This document shows positions 16,221-33,651 of a stretch of 64,000 nucleotides of DNA, piece by piece. Source of the DNA: the human T2T-CHM13v2.0 reference genome, Homo sapiens. Under the pieces are notes generated by a model. The model was not told where the DNA came from and did no database searches. It saw nothing but the letters and a program-made list of their open reading frames with translations. The stretch lies in NCBI RefSeq assembly GCF_009914755.1, contig NC_060931.1; one strand, written 5' to 3'. A program made the translations under genes and the position numbers. Each line of letters begins with the position of its first letter. Position 1 is the first letter of the stretch.

Positions 16221-16337
16221 GAAGGTCAAACTTGACCAGAATGAAATTAGAAAGAATAAGAGGAAAGAAAAGACCAAATACAGACAACCATTGATGCCTT
16301 ATTCTTTTGATATACTCCTGGAGTCCACTTGCTAATA

Positions 16338-17711
<1,374 letters not shown>

Positions 17712-17779
17712 ATTAATATTATTGTTACCCAATAAAAAAAATTTGGAAACTTGTCTTCTTTTCCCCTGATTCTGTTTAA

Positions 17780-18165
<386 letters not shown>

Positions 18166-19668
18166 TGTTTCATTTCTTATATCGTATTTTTGCAACTCCT
18201 TTATTGATACTTTTCTTCCTGATTAGGTTTCTACTAAAACCAAACAAGCTTTCCATGAATTAGCTTTTAGATTTACTTATTAGTTTAACTGTTCTGTTGT
18301 ATTGTAACTCATTAATTTATAATTTTATCTTTATTAATTATTCTATTTTTCTTCGCTTTTTTGTTGTTTTTCTAGTTTTTGAGTTAGATGTTTGACGCTT
18401 TTTTAAAAAGCTGTGCATTTTCCTCTGGGTAATACTTTAGCTGTATATTATGTATTCTGATATATAGTGTTTCCATTACATTGTTTTCTAGAAAATCTGT
18501 AGCTTTGATTTATATTTGTTTCCTCTTTGACCTAAGATATCCTAAGGGAAAATTTAACATTTTCCAGAAAGAAAACAAATTTTCTTTGTTTTCCAAGAAT
18601 GTTGTTCAAATTATTTCTACTGCTTGGAATTTTTATCATTTTTGTGTATCCAGTAAATAGTCAATATTTGTACTTGCTCTCTGACCACATAAAAGAATAT
18701 ATTCGTGTAGTTTCTATTAATAGATTAGAGTTCAATTCAGATATTAAATGTACATCATTATTCATGATATTTAGGTCTTCTACATCTTCACTTATCTTTT
18801 TTCTACTTGCTTTGCCATTAACAGATAAAGTTGAATTAAAGGCTTCTACTACATACATTTCTCCCTGTTATTCCTTATAGGTTCTGTAATTTTTGCTTTT
18901 TAAATTTAATATATAGATACTTATAATTACACTCTAGCATTATAAAGAGCCTTTTCTTTTTCATTGAATGTATTTGGGCCTGCATATGTCTAACATGAAA
19001 ATTATAGTCCTTTTTTTGTTTCTTTGTTTGTATTTACAGTTTTAAGTTCCATTTTCAACCTTTATGCACTCTTTGCTTTAGGTGTGTCTCTTTTAGTTAG
19101 CATAAAGTTAGGTTTGTCTTTAATTTCACCTGAAGTCTTTTCCTCTTAATAGATGGGTTAAGCCAACTGAAAAATAAAACTGACTTATATACTTTTATTT
19201 CAAGTATGTCCTCCACAAATATTTTTTGAATAGATTAGCTTATATACTTTGGAATTTGTTAAAAAAAGATTTTTATAAAAAATAATTGTGGTGAAATGTA
19301 CATAACATAAAATTTATCATTTTGACCATTTTTAAGGGCATAGCTCTGTGGCATAAAGTATACTCACATAGTTGTGCAACTATCACCTCCTTTTGATTTT
19401 TTTTTACTAATTTTGTAAATTTGTTTCATCTGAGCTGTCTTATTATGTTTTGTTTTATGTTTTTCTTTCCTTTATTATGAAGTCACTGTATTGTCTGTAG
19501 GCTATATGTATCTGTGAGTGTGTGTGTATATGTGTGTATTATGGTTTTTAAAAAAGTCTATATTTGTTTTCCAGTGGCTATACTTAATACTAATAACTTT
19601 ATGTTAAATTTTTCATTCTATGTGACTCTAGTTCACTAATATGAGCTCTGATAAAATCAGTGCTTTTT

Positions 19669-19931
<263 letters not shown>

Positions 19932-20777
19932 TCAGTGCTTTTTCTTCCTCTGCTACCTCCTTTCCTTCTACTCAGTTTTAGTCAGTAGTATTATCTTTTT
20001 TCAGATTTATCTTTGTATTGTTAAATCTGCTTATGCTTCTATTACTTTATTTATTAGCTTTAAATGATACCTTTTGACTTTCAGCTTTTCTTAATAAAGC
20101 AATCAGCAAATTTCCTTTACACTCCACACTTATACCCCATTTCCTTTGTTTGTTTATTTGGTTTTTACTTCTAACTTTTCTTATTGTCAGGACATATAAC
20201 ATATTTAAACTTTGTTTTTCAACTCGAATTCTGCCATTAGTTTTAATTTTTGTTCACAGTTATATAAATCTTTGTTCACTGATAGTCCTTTTGTACTATC
20301 ATCTCTTAAATGACTTTATACTCCAAGAAAGGCTCATGGGAACAATATTACCTGAATATGTCTCTATTACTTAATCTGTACCTAATAATATGAAGGTAAT
20401 CTACTTTGTAGGATTTCTGTGAAGATTAAATAAATTAATATAGTTAAAGCACATAGAACAGCACTCGACACAGAGTGAGCACTTGGCAACTGTTAGCTGT
20501 TACTAACCTTTCCCATTCTTCCTCCAAACCTATTCCAACTATCTGAATCATGTGCCCCTTCTCTGTGAACCTCTATCATAATACTTGTCACACTGTATTG
20601 TAATTGTCTCTTTTACTTTCCCTTGTATCTTTTGTGCATAGCAGAGTACCTGAAACAGGAAGTATTTTAAATATTTTGAATCAAATGAGTTAATAGAATC
20701 TTTACAAATAAGAATATACACTTCTGCTTAGGATGATAATTGGGGGCAAGTGAATCCTGAGCGTGATTTGATAATGA

Positions 20778-21020
<243 letters not shown>

Positions 21021-24000
21021 TGATTATGCATATGAACCCTTCACACTACCCAAATTATATATTTGGCTCCATATTCAATCGGTTAGTCTACATATATTTA
21101 TGTTTCCTCTATGGGTAAGCTACTGTGAATGGATCAATTAATAAAACACATGACCTATGCTTTAAGAAGCTTGCAAACACATGAAATAAATGCAATTTAT
21201 TTTTTAAATAATGGGTTCATTTGATCACAATAAATGCATTTTATGAAATGGTGAGAATTTTGTTCACTCATTAGTGAGACAAACGTCCTCAATGGTTATT
21301 TATATGGCATGCATATAAGTGATATGTGGTATCTTTTTAAAAGATACCACAAAATATGCATCTTTAAAAATATACTCCAAAAATTATTAAGATTATTTTA
21401 ATAATTTTAATAATACTATAGCCTAATGGAATGAGCATTGATCTGCCAGCAGAGAATTAGAGGGGTAAAATTGTGAAGATATTGTATCCCTGGCTTTGAA
21501 CAAATACCATATAACTTCTAGTGACTGCAATTCTTTGATGCAGAGGCAAAATGAAGATGATGTCATTACTCATTTCACAACAATATTGGAGAATGAGCTA
21601 ATTATCTGAAAATTACATGAAGTATTCCAAGAGAAACCAGTATATGGATCTTGTGCTGTTCACTATGTAAATTGTGTGATGGTGGGTTCAGTAGTTATTG
21701 CTGTAAATGTTAGGGCAGGGAATATGTTACTATGAAGTTTATTGACAGTATACTCCAAATAGTGTTTCTGATTCAAAAGCAATATCTTTGATAGTTTGCA
21801 TTTGCAATTCCTTTATATAATCTTTTATGAAAAAAATTGCAGAGAAAGTAAAATGTAGCTTAAAATACAGTATCCAAAAAAATGGAAAAGGGCAAACCGT
21901 GGATTAGATAGAAATGGCAATTCTTATAAAAAGGGTTGCATGCTTACATGAATGGCTTTCCATGTATATACTCAGTCATTCAACAGTTTTTTTTTTAGAG
22001 CCCCATTCTTATTTTTTATACACTTTGAGAGCATAATGAAAAGAAAAGCTACCTGCAAAAGTTTTGGACTTACCTCAAAGAGGATATACTTCATTCCTCA
22101 AAAGGCCTTCTTCCAGGAATAGTATTTCATAACCTGGAGGTTGGAAAAATCTGGATTTGTTACAAAAAAATCTGAGTGTTTCTAGTGGACACAGATATTT
22201 GTCTAGGAGGGGACTAGGTTGTAGCAGTGGTAGTGCCTTACAAGATAAATCATGGGCTTTATTTACTTACGAGTGGAAAAGTTGCGGAAGGTGCCTTACA
22301 GACTTTTTTTTTGCGTTAAGTATGTGTTTTCCCATAGGAATTAATTTATAAATGGTGGTTTGATTTCCTCAAGTCAACCTTTAAAAGTATATTTAGCCAA
22401 AATATAGCTTAAATATATTACTAGTAATAAATTTAGTACTGTGGGTCTCTCATTCTCAAAATGAGCATTTACTAATTTCTGAACACTGTGCTAGGTCCTG
22501 GGAATACCAAATTGAATAAGACATAGTCTATTTTTCTGAAGGGTTTATAGCAGAGTCCCCTGTGTTAATAATGAAGGAGTGTGTGGTATGTGAATCATAT
22601 ATCAATAGGGTTGTTAAAAATAATGAAAAAAGGAGAAGAGGAAGAACATCTTTTTTTTTTCTGATTGCACGGGCAGCCTTAAAATTATTTTTGAAGTGTA
22701 CAATTCAGTGTTTTTTTAGCATATTCACAGGGTTGTATTATCATCACCATATTTTTGGCCTCTTGAAAAGAAATCCTGTGCCTATTAGCATCCAATTACC
22801 GTTCCTTTGTAGCTAAGTCTCCCCCATTCCAGCTTTAAACAATCACCCATCTACTTTCTGTCTCTATAAATTTGTCTCTTTTGGACATTTCACATAAATG
22901 AAATAATATAATAGGGTTTTTTGTGCCTAAATAAGCTTCTAAAGAAGAATAAGGTAAGGAATCATCATTCAGCAAATATTTATTAAGACTTGCTTTATTT
23001 TATACAGTGTACTAGGAGCTGGAGATGAAAATATGTGTAGAACATGAATCATATACTTCGGGAATTTGTGGACTAGTGGGAAAGATTGACATATCAATAA
23101 CAAATCGAATTAGTGATGTAATAGAGGCATTTTTACAGGAGTAAAATGAGGTAGCATGGACTCTATCTGGGTCTGAATAATGTGAGGAGTAACCTCCTTA
23201 CACAAAGAGGCACAAGGCTAATGTCCTCTGATGGAATGATTCACCATGCAATTCTAAGGGTGACAAGAATGAAAGTTAGGGCCTTGAAGAAATATTTTGA
23301 TTAAGAGCTGCCAATAAAGTAGAGTAAAGATTAGATTGATGTGAAGAAGTGGGAGATTAATGAGTAAATGGTCACTGGCTTGTTGAGAAGATTAAATGAG
23401 ATGTACATGTAATGTACCTAACACAACGTCTTGTACAAAGTAGCCATTCAGTAGAGACTAGCTTGTATTATCTCCCTTTGAGGTAAAGAAAACTGTTAGA
23501 AATAGTATTTCTACTACTGATAGTATTTCTTCTACTTATGCCTCCCTTTGAGGTGAAGAATACTGTTAGAAAACATGACATAGGAGAAATACCCCTGAGA
23601 GACAGTTCTTATTAGTGACTACTGTGCAGAAAAGATGGAGGTTGGTGTAATTAAGGAGAAGGAAAGCCATGAAGCCAAAGTATTATGAAAAAGCATCAAT
23701 ATGAATTTTCATGTTGACAAAGTGGTATAAAAGATAATTATAAAGATGGTCACTTATAAATACGGTAGTTGTGTGTGACACAATTTACAGAAGTTGGTAT
23801 ATCGTGTGGAAGAAAACAGCATAAGATCCTGAAGGTTTGAACTGTGGGCACATTGGCTCCATGCTCAGGAAATGGCAATGGGGTTGGGAAGTGATTCCAC
23901 TTTATGTCCCTTTCAGACACATAAAAATTACTTGTGTGAGTATCTTATGCCAGACACTATTCACTGTGTAGTGAGCATGGTGGGTATGAAATGACAACTT

Positions 24001-26009
24001 TATTGTCTTTCCTGTCAAAGAACTTGTAGGCTGGTTGGGGGAAAGAGACCATTTCAATATGAAGTGCTGAGCTAGAGGTACCCTTAGGGCACTACAGAAG
24101 CCTAGCTGATGGCTTTTAGCCTGGCTAGACAGTTCAGGATCTCTAAAAGCAGGTGCCTTGAAGGCTGAGTCAAATACAAAAATGTATTTTGGACAGAGGA
24201 AATTGTATGAACAGAAACACAGAACATGAAACTACTTGGTTGGTGCAGGGTATCATCAGCATAGAACCAGACAGAACCAGAGTGTAAATAAGCCAGAAGG
24301 CCATGTCATGGAGGCCTTGTATACCAGTCTCAGGAATTTGGTTGTGGAGAGCTTTCATCAGGGGAATGATGTAATCAGCTTGGAAATGTAGATATATCAC
24401 TGACTGTGATAGTGAGGAGCAGAATTAAGGTGGACGTGATTAGAAGCTTTGTGAATAGCAGAAAGAACATAGATTTTGAAAGCTGGCAGACGTAGGTTAC
24501 TGAAGAAAGTTACTTAACCTTGCTATGTCTTTAGTTTTATCCTCTGCAATATGGGGATAATACTGCCTATTTTGTAGAGTCTTGTGGATTCTTCTGGCAT
24601 ATATAATAGAAAATAAAACAGCTATTATTATTATTGTTGATGGTACTATTTGCTATATCTGACTACAAGGAGAAAGACTAATAGGAAACCATTTCAGGAA
24701 TCCAGATATGGTCATGATGGACAGGAAGAGACAAGAGTTACATAGAGGAATTCTGGGAAGATAAGAAATGTCATTTTTATGTACTGTTTGCATCCATCAG
24801 ACAAGGCATCAGGAAAAATGATCCTTCAGGAAAGAGTGATTTTTTTTCTTCAAGAAATTAGAAGAGGGGAGAAATTGGTTTAAGATTAAGGACTCCATGC
24901 ATAAGAGAAACTGGGAGGGAAGACAGGTAGAAATGCTATGGGGTTAGGAAGGAAGAATGCAGAGGTGGATTACTTAGAATTGAGACATCTGATCAAGACA
25001 GAGGGATCACAGCTTTTGCTAACAAAGTACTAGTGGAGGATGCCACTAGGTGAGGTTTAATAAATAATTGTTGACAATAAGTTCCATTTAAAAAATAAAC
25101 AATTTATGCTTCTTCTTTGCCTAAGTGTCAAATAAAACATTCAGATTTTTATTTCAAAGTATCCCTGAGTCCCTGTTCCCTTTTTTGTCCTGCTGACTTT
25201 TGGAACTGATTTAGGCTTCCTTAGTCATCTCATAATAGAAAAAATCAGCCAGGTATTTCCTACATTTCTTGTATTTTAAAAAAATGTAATGGATGTAATG
25301 AATTTTAAGCAAATGTAATGAATACAATAAGTAACTTAGTATATGCTGTTTTCTTCTCTATGCTGAATGTTTCATACATGTTATTTTCTATACAACTACA
25401 TGGTCAATTCCTTGAAAATATCAACTCCAAAATCTTTATTTTGGTATACTCCACGTAGCACATTGAGAGAGTTTTAAACTCTTGTTGGATGACTGTTTCA
25501 AAAGTGTTTTGAAGTAGGCATGTCAGTTGCAAAAAGTTTGCTCAGCAAATGTTGTTCTGTCTCACAGTCTCAGACATTGAGCAGATGATTACATGACAGC
25601 ACGTGATTGCTGGGAGTAACAGACAAAAGTAACTGAAAGTGCTCGGTTATCTTGACAGTCAAAATCAAAAGTGTCCCCTATTTTCAGTGACCTAAGAGTT
25701 TCTTTTTGTGTTTTTGGTATTGTTGTTAAATAAGTGTTCTCACCTTTGAAAAGGTCAATAAGAATTCAATACAGTATAATGTCTGTGTGCCAAATGAAGG
25801 TGCCCCTTATTTTTAAGTGTGGAGGAGTTTTGATCATAAGAACTTGAAATACCTACAGAATCCTTGATGGTTAAGCAGCTGGTGCCAGCACAAGAATCCC
25901 TCAATATGTTCTCTATGAAGCCCCGATCACCAAATGCAAACATTCATGATTCAGTATATTTTCATCTTGACTGCCAAAGTTGATCTGTTTCTTAATATAT
26001 TACATCTAG

Positions 26010-26128
26010 ACTTGGAACTGGAGATGAGAACAGAATATTATCTTCCTCATTTTTGTGTTTTTGTTCAACTCTAATGTCTGCAAAGCACTTGCGTATGTAA
26101 TGATGCTCAGTGTCATAGGAGCAGGCAG
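26010..26128 (+). other. 119-nt cryptic/poison exon in intron 11 (probable legacy exon 10a/10b)
   Basis: catctag|ACTTGGAACTGGAGATGA...GGCAG|gtaagt; perfect donor; in-frame TGA at codon 6; 5.0 kb after exon 11. Confidence 0.7.
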
Positions 26129-27492
26129 GTAAGTGTAAATTTGTCTGGATAGGAGAAAGCATGCACAACATATTTCACATAGTTTTCTGATTTCAGTTTG
26201 TTTTTGCAAATTATTCACTCAGTGAGATAGCTTAAAGACGTTATCACAGGGAAAGGCATGGAGATAGTTCTGTGTTGATAGAAAACTTGTAATGTACAGC
26301 CATGAGTGAGAAGTCAGGTTCAGATTCTTCACCTTCAGTCCTCCTCTTTCATAAACAGCTCCATGTCCTATTTTACATATCCTACTTTAAAACGAGATTA
26401 TAGAAGAATGAATTTCTAGGCAAAGTGACACTTATTTTAAAATACTATTACGTATCCCTGTGCCCATTAACTTATCCTACCATTTTTCTTCCCCTGTGTC
26501 CAAACCACCTTTAGAATCTCCTAAATATTTGTAGCTATTGTAAACAGCACTGGAGACTTTGCTAGTTTAAAAGGAGAAATCAACGCAATTAAGCCCTAGT
26601 TAATTTACTTATCCCTTATGAGATTATAATTGTATTTTGTTATTAAAAGGGGGACAGAGTACACTGTTCTCTTGCCTTTTTAATTTCCAGACTACCACTT
26701 CTCCTGCACTTGACAATACCGCAGTCTACCACGTAGTCCCATGGCTGACAGGAGGAGAATTCTAGGCAGGCCAGTGTTTGAGTAGTGAGTAATTGGACTG
26801 TCTTTACCCAGCAACTCACTGTTTTGTAAATGTACCTGAGTTTGGAGAAGTAATTGGCTTTTATAAGGGGTGCGGGGTGGAGGGTTGGGGTGGGGAGAGT
26901 GAGAAGGAGGTCAGAGCTTTAGGATATATAATTGGTCTCCACAAAGTTGTTGTGATACTTTTGGAACCACGTAATGGTCTTCATTAACTAAGTGTCTGTC
27001 ATGACAGCCATTACATATGCATTATAATAAAAATTTATTTACAGTGTAAGTTGAAGAAGGTAAAATCTGGATGTAGTTTCTAAACTCTGCTTGGCAGTTT
27101 TCATATTTAAGCCACTAGAAGAAAAAAATTGGGAGGGAAGCTGAGAAGAATTTACTGAAAGAAAAAAATACTTGGGAGGGAAATTGGCAAGAAGTATGAA
27201 AAAGCTTGGGAGGGAAGTAAGCAAATAAATGAGTTAATGACTGTTCTGGAAAATAAACTCTATCATGCAGATATCACATGACTGATTAAATTTGAATTTG
27301 ACCTCCTGCTTTCCAGGTCTGGTAAAAACTAACCTGTAAGAACTTGAAACTTAGCCTTTGAATGGTCAATCCACCACTGTAGGAGAATTTATGAATGTTC
27401 AGTTGAGAGAACTGAAAATAAAGAAGTACCATAGGAATTAACATTTGCATTCAGTAGCCAAGATATAATGGACATCTGAAACAGGTATTTGA

Positions 27493-27846
<354 letters not shown>

Positions 27847-29049
27847 TCACTAAATGACTGTACCTTGAACTACCTGTAATTTTCTCCTGATAGGTAATTA
27901 AGCTTCAAAGTACTGACACTTATTTACTGTAATATGAAGCAATAACTTAAAAAAAAAAAAAAACTATTGAACCAGAACCAAACAGGAATGCCATAGCATT
28001 TTGTAAACTAAACTGCTATTTCATTTCATTTGAGCCCTGGAACTTGAAAATAAATGCTAGCTAACATCTGTGAACAGAACATACCCATCAGTACTGTGCT
28101 AAGCACCTTTCATGAACTGGTCATTAAATCCTCACTTTCCATTTATTTAGTGACAACTTCACCCAGAGTTTGCAGTCAAAGTGAAAATGTGCTGAATTCC
28201 AAAAGTGTGAGCTAGGTTTTAGAAGTTAATCACAATTCTGGAACAAATTACTAGCTTAACAAATGAGAGTTCTTATGTCTCTAAAACCAAAATAGCCCTA
28301 AGTCTGTCCCTCCCAGTAAGATTTGGGCCAGTCAATGGAACAGTAATATACAAATATAATTACAGCTGTCTAGGAGCAAACTATCCTATGAATAGATAAT
28401 AAAATTAAGACACTTAAGCCATGTTTTCATATTAAAACACAAAGTAAAAAATCATTGTTTTCCAAAGATAAAAGCCATACTGTATCATGACATATATATG
28501 CCCGATGTTTCGACCCTCTTGAAGAATTGAGATTCTCGACTCTACACTCTTAGCGTTTTCTATATTGAACAGATGTTTAATTTAAGGAGGTCAAGAGAAA
28601 TCTTACACTTATTTTTTAATGGTACCTTAGACATAGAAGGAACCTCAGAAATCTCTGGCTGAATATTTCCATCTGCAGATGATCATGTCATTAGGCTTCT
28701 GACTCTATAGCCATAGAAAAATATTCATGAAGACCTTTCAGGAAGGGAATGTTGGTATTTCTAAAAATTGAGTACAAGTATTCTCTAGACAAAACAGCTC
28801 TTGAAATGGCAGATTGTATTCCCATTATTATATTTCAGAATCAAGACATTAATACCTACTTTTTATTTACCAGGTTTAGTTATCCTTGAATTAGATTTTA
28901 TAAATTAAAGAAATAGATTTCAATAAATATTTGTTGAGTTCCTAGTATGGAAACATCGTGTTTGGCACCAGGGATGTTGCCTGCAAGTATAACAGGAGTT
29001 CGTATTTGTAATGAGTTTATGATTTACAGATATTTGGGGGGCAAAGATA

Positions 29050-30720
29050 TCATTCGGTAAATACTTATGAGTGCAAACTTTGAACTAGGGACTGGGCCAA
29101 ACTCTAGGAACATATTTGATGACAGAGACACAATCCCTGTCCTCAAGGAGCTTTAATTCTAGTAGAGAAGATGAAAACCAGTACAGTTTGGTAAGTTAGA
29201 TGATATTGGTTAATGTAGGGTTCTTATGTAAGTCTAGAGAAGTAGCATTTAATCTGTTCTTAGAAGGTCAGGAAAGATTTCCCTGGAGGAAGTGACATTT
29301 AAGCTGAGAGAGGATGGATAAACAGGAGTCATCTGAGTGAACAACAGGGAGAACATTCCAGAAAGAGAACAAAATGTACGAGGCCTGATGCCAAGAGAGA
29401 ACATTCATTGCATTGGGGAACTATAGTCACTTCTGTGTGGCTGGGATGTAGAATGAAATGAGCCTGGACCCAAGAGAGCACTTTGCCCTTTGGGGAAGCT
29501 GTAGGTATTACAGTAAGGTTGGAGTCTGGAAAGAAAGGGGTATATTGTGAGATCTGAATTGGGAGAGGACAGTTATATCCAGACCTTTATATGCTCCAGT
29601 AAGAAGACTGAACTTTACACTGGGGGCCATGGGACTCACTGAATGGCATTAAATTTGAGAGTGGTCATATGACCAGATTTGCATTTTACAAAGATTGTCA
29701 TTGACTGCAACATGAAGTATGGAGTATTGGAGGAGCGGTAAGGCTGGTGGCAGGGAGATAATTTAGGAGGCTTTAGGTGAGGGATGATAATGACTTGCCA
29801 GGTAGGAAGGAGTAAATTTCTTCTCAGTGGATAATTAGAAGATTGAATGGATGGACTTGGTCACTATTTGGTATAGAAGGGGAAAAAAGATGTCAAAGAT
29901 GATGCCAATTTTTAAAAATAATTTAACATTTATTTTTAAATATTTTTTCAGCCTTATTAAGGTATAATGGACAACAATTGTAGGTATATGTCATTTACAA
30001 CATGATGTTTTGATTTATGTATACATTGTGAAATGACTGCCATAGTCAAGCTCATTAACATATCCATCACTCACATAATTAACATTTTGTGTGTATGCAG
30101 TGAGAACATCAGGCTCTACTCTCTTAGCAATTTTCAAGTATAGATTACATTTGTTACCAACTATAGTGGCCACACTATACAATAGAGCTCCAGGACTTAT
30201 TCATCCTGCCTAACTAAAACTTTGTACTCTTTGACCAACATCTTCCCATTCGTCTCTCCTCCCCATGCCAAGTTTCCATCTTGGTCAGTTGGGTGGATAG
30301 TAGTACTATCTGCCGAGGCAGGTTGGTAGGGTGAAAACAATGTGTTCCCTTTTGGAAATGCTGAGGTGACCAGGGAACTTCCAAGGGAATCTGTCTGGAT
30401 CTAGAGCTTAGAAGAGATGTTTGGGCTGGAAACAGACATCAGGTATTCTTCAGTATATGGGTTGTAAATGAAGTCACAGGAGTGGGTGATATCACCAATG
30501 GTGAGTGTAGTATAAGAAGACTGGACTGAGGACAGATTTCCAAGGAATTTCAATACTTAAGAGGTACGCAGAGAAAAGAGGGGCTGTGAAGGACACCAAG
30601 GAGGAGACTAAGAGCCAGGAGGGAAAACTTTCAAGAGAGTATTGCATTATGGAAGGGAAGAAGAGAGAACATTTTAAATGATACGCAATGCTCAATAATG
30701 GTATCCGCTTTGGAGAGGCC
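29050..30720 (-). mobile_element. L2 fragments interrupted by an L1MA-type 3' end (about 29920-30265)
   Basis: L2-like text flanking ttattaaggtataat...ctatacaatagagctccaggacttattcatcc...tttgaccaacatc (L1MA 3'UTR). Confidence 0.65.
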
Positions 30721-33288
30721 AAGTAAGATTCCTAAGTACCCATTGGATCAAGGTCCTTAATCTTACAAAAACTTATGCAAATCAATAATAAAGAGATGAT
30801 AACCCGATAATCAAAAATAGACAAGGCATATAAGAAGAAAATGAATTAAAAATATTCAAAGCATTCAACATATACAAATGCGCTCAATCTGATATATAAT
30901 GAAAGAAAAGTAAATTAAAACAACAATGGGCATGACTAAATAACAGTATGAGGGAGCCTGAGGAGAAGGAGCATTTGAAATTTCAGTACAGAAGAGAAAA
31001 GGGGTGACTTATAGAAAAAGGAGACAGAAACCATAGAACATGTTTGGAGGATAAGACTCAAACAGGTAGTGGGGACCCTTTTCTAGAGTAGGATGAAAAC
31101 AGGTAATGTGTGTGGATGCAAATATGAGGTAGGATGTAATGGGAAGTTGAGCGAATTCATATTTAGTCATTCATTCAAAAATACTTAATTGAGTTACTGC
31201 TGTGTGGCAAGCATCATTCTACAAACAGAGGGCACAGTGATAAGCAAGCCAGTTTGTACTCTCGTGTAACTTACATTCTACTTTGAGAAGACAGATTATA
31301 AATAGGTTAAAAAGTCAATAATATGATGTTTCAGCATCAACAATAAAAAATTAGGGTGATATATAGAGTGCCAGGGAAAGTGCTTTCATGGACCTCTTCA
31401 TTCTCTCCTCTCCTGGTGTCATAAGCTACTCCTTCATCCATGCTGCCATTTCTCTTGGTTTACGGTTCCAGTATAGTACTCATCACATTATTACTATAGA
31501 GCCATCCACCTTATGAAGGTGAAGGTGTCCATCTCCTTACTTAAAAAAAAAAAAAACAAACAAAAAAACAAAAAACCCGAAAAACAAAAAAAGAGGCAGA
31601 AAGACAGAAGGTCCTCCACTAACTTTCACGTGCCATGTAACCAGCGAAATCCAATTATTTTACAGCATTCTAGCTATAGAAGAGTTTGGGAAGCGTAGTG
31701 CTTAGTGTTCTAGCCTTTGTAGCACAGGAAAGGGCCTGGAAGGAAAGGAATTGTGTCTTCCGCAGTTGCTTTTCTTTATGGGGAAGTGCTATAGCCCAAA
31801 CAATATTTTAGGAATTTTCATCTATTGTCAATATGCAAACTGGAAGGGGATAATGAAAATGTTGTGGTTAGAAGTTTATGAAATATTGTTATTCACATTT
31901 TAAAGTAAAAAGAGGGAATGTTTAAGAGACTTGTTTAAGATCACATGTCTCATAATTGGTGGGACCAGCAATACAATCCAAATCTAACTACTTATCTTTT
32001 TGCTATGCCCTATTAGTGTTCATATTAGAAAAGAAATTCTATCTCAGACACTAATGATTTGTTCTTTGGACACCAATGACTTTAAGTTAAAACTTCATAC
32101 TAGTTAATTTAATTATGGTGTAGCAGTATTATTAAACTATCAAGACTATAAATTTTCTATTTGTAAAGGAGATTATGATACCAAAGATTAGTGAACTAAT
32201 GATATTGAGAATTCTATGACATAATTTTGAAAAATATTTGCAGGATATTTATTTTTGTGTAAATGATGCTTTCAAGCTACCATAATCCTAAGTAAGTGTA
32301 TATTTGGGAAAACCACCTATTCTAACACACTTGAAATTTAAATAAGTCAGGAAATTTTTTTCCAGATCTTCTCCCAAATTATCTTCATCTTTTTCCTCTC
32401 CCCTTGGGAAAGAATCTCTTCATGCCTCATAATATCAAATTTAAACTATGGAAGTCCAGGTGGTGGACAGTCAGCAAAGGGGAAGATGAGAAGCTTGTGT
32501 TATAAAGCCAGCTCTTGTCAGAATAAGGATCTGGTAGGAACTTCAGAAGTGATGGGTAGGTAAGTATGAAGGCCAGGTCCTAAGATCTAAATTACAAAGC
32601 AGAAGACTTACTTACCAGGGAGCTGGAAAACATGTTAGGAAATCCAGAGCAGGAACAGATTTCAAGATAGCACAATAATATAGCAGTGAAGTACTGAGAA
32701 AAGAGTTTTTTTCACGGGTTGGATTTATTCTAGCATTTTAGGCAGCATTTGGGCATTTCTAAGTGGTCAGACTTAGAGGAGATAGTTAAGGAATTAGCAG
32801 CTGCTAAATGCCAATTCTTAGACCAGTTGAATCAAAATCATCTAAAAAGCTTTCAGAAACCAGACTTTTTAAGGGCCATTTGAGAGACTCTCAAATCTGG
32901 AATCCAGAAATCTATAGCTAGATGAGTTTAAGGTAGAGCCAGAATAAGAAAAATAAAATAGTTTGTTTGTTTCAGGTATCTTTTCCAATATTATTTCCGA
33001 ACCTACCCCAAACACCTTAAATCACTGCATTCTATAGCCATTCTTTTAAAAATGCTTGAGTTATTAGTTTTCAAAAACAAATACAAATCTGCACACATAC
33101 AGAAATAAACATTAAAGAGACATAAAGATATTAAACAGAGTTACATACACTTACAACTTCATACATATATATTATATATAAAACTGAATATTAAGTGTTT
33201 GATATTAGTGACAAAATCTGTAACATCCATTATATTAGTGCTTTTTGTACTTTTTGTTGGGTGTAGTAAAAATTGCATTCGAATTTGA

Positions 33289-33651
<363 letters not shown>

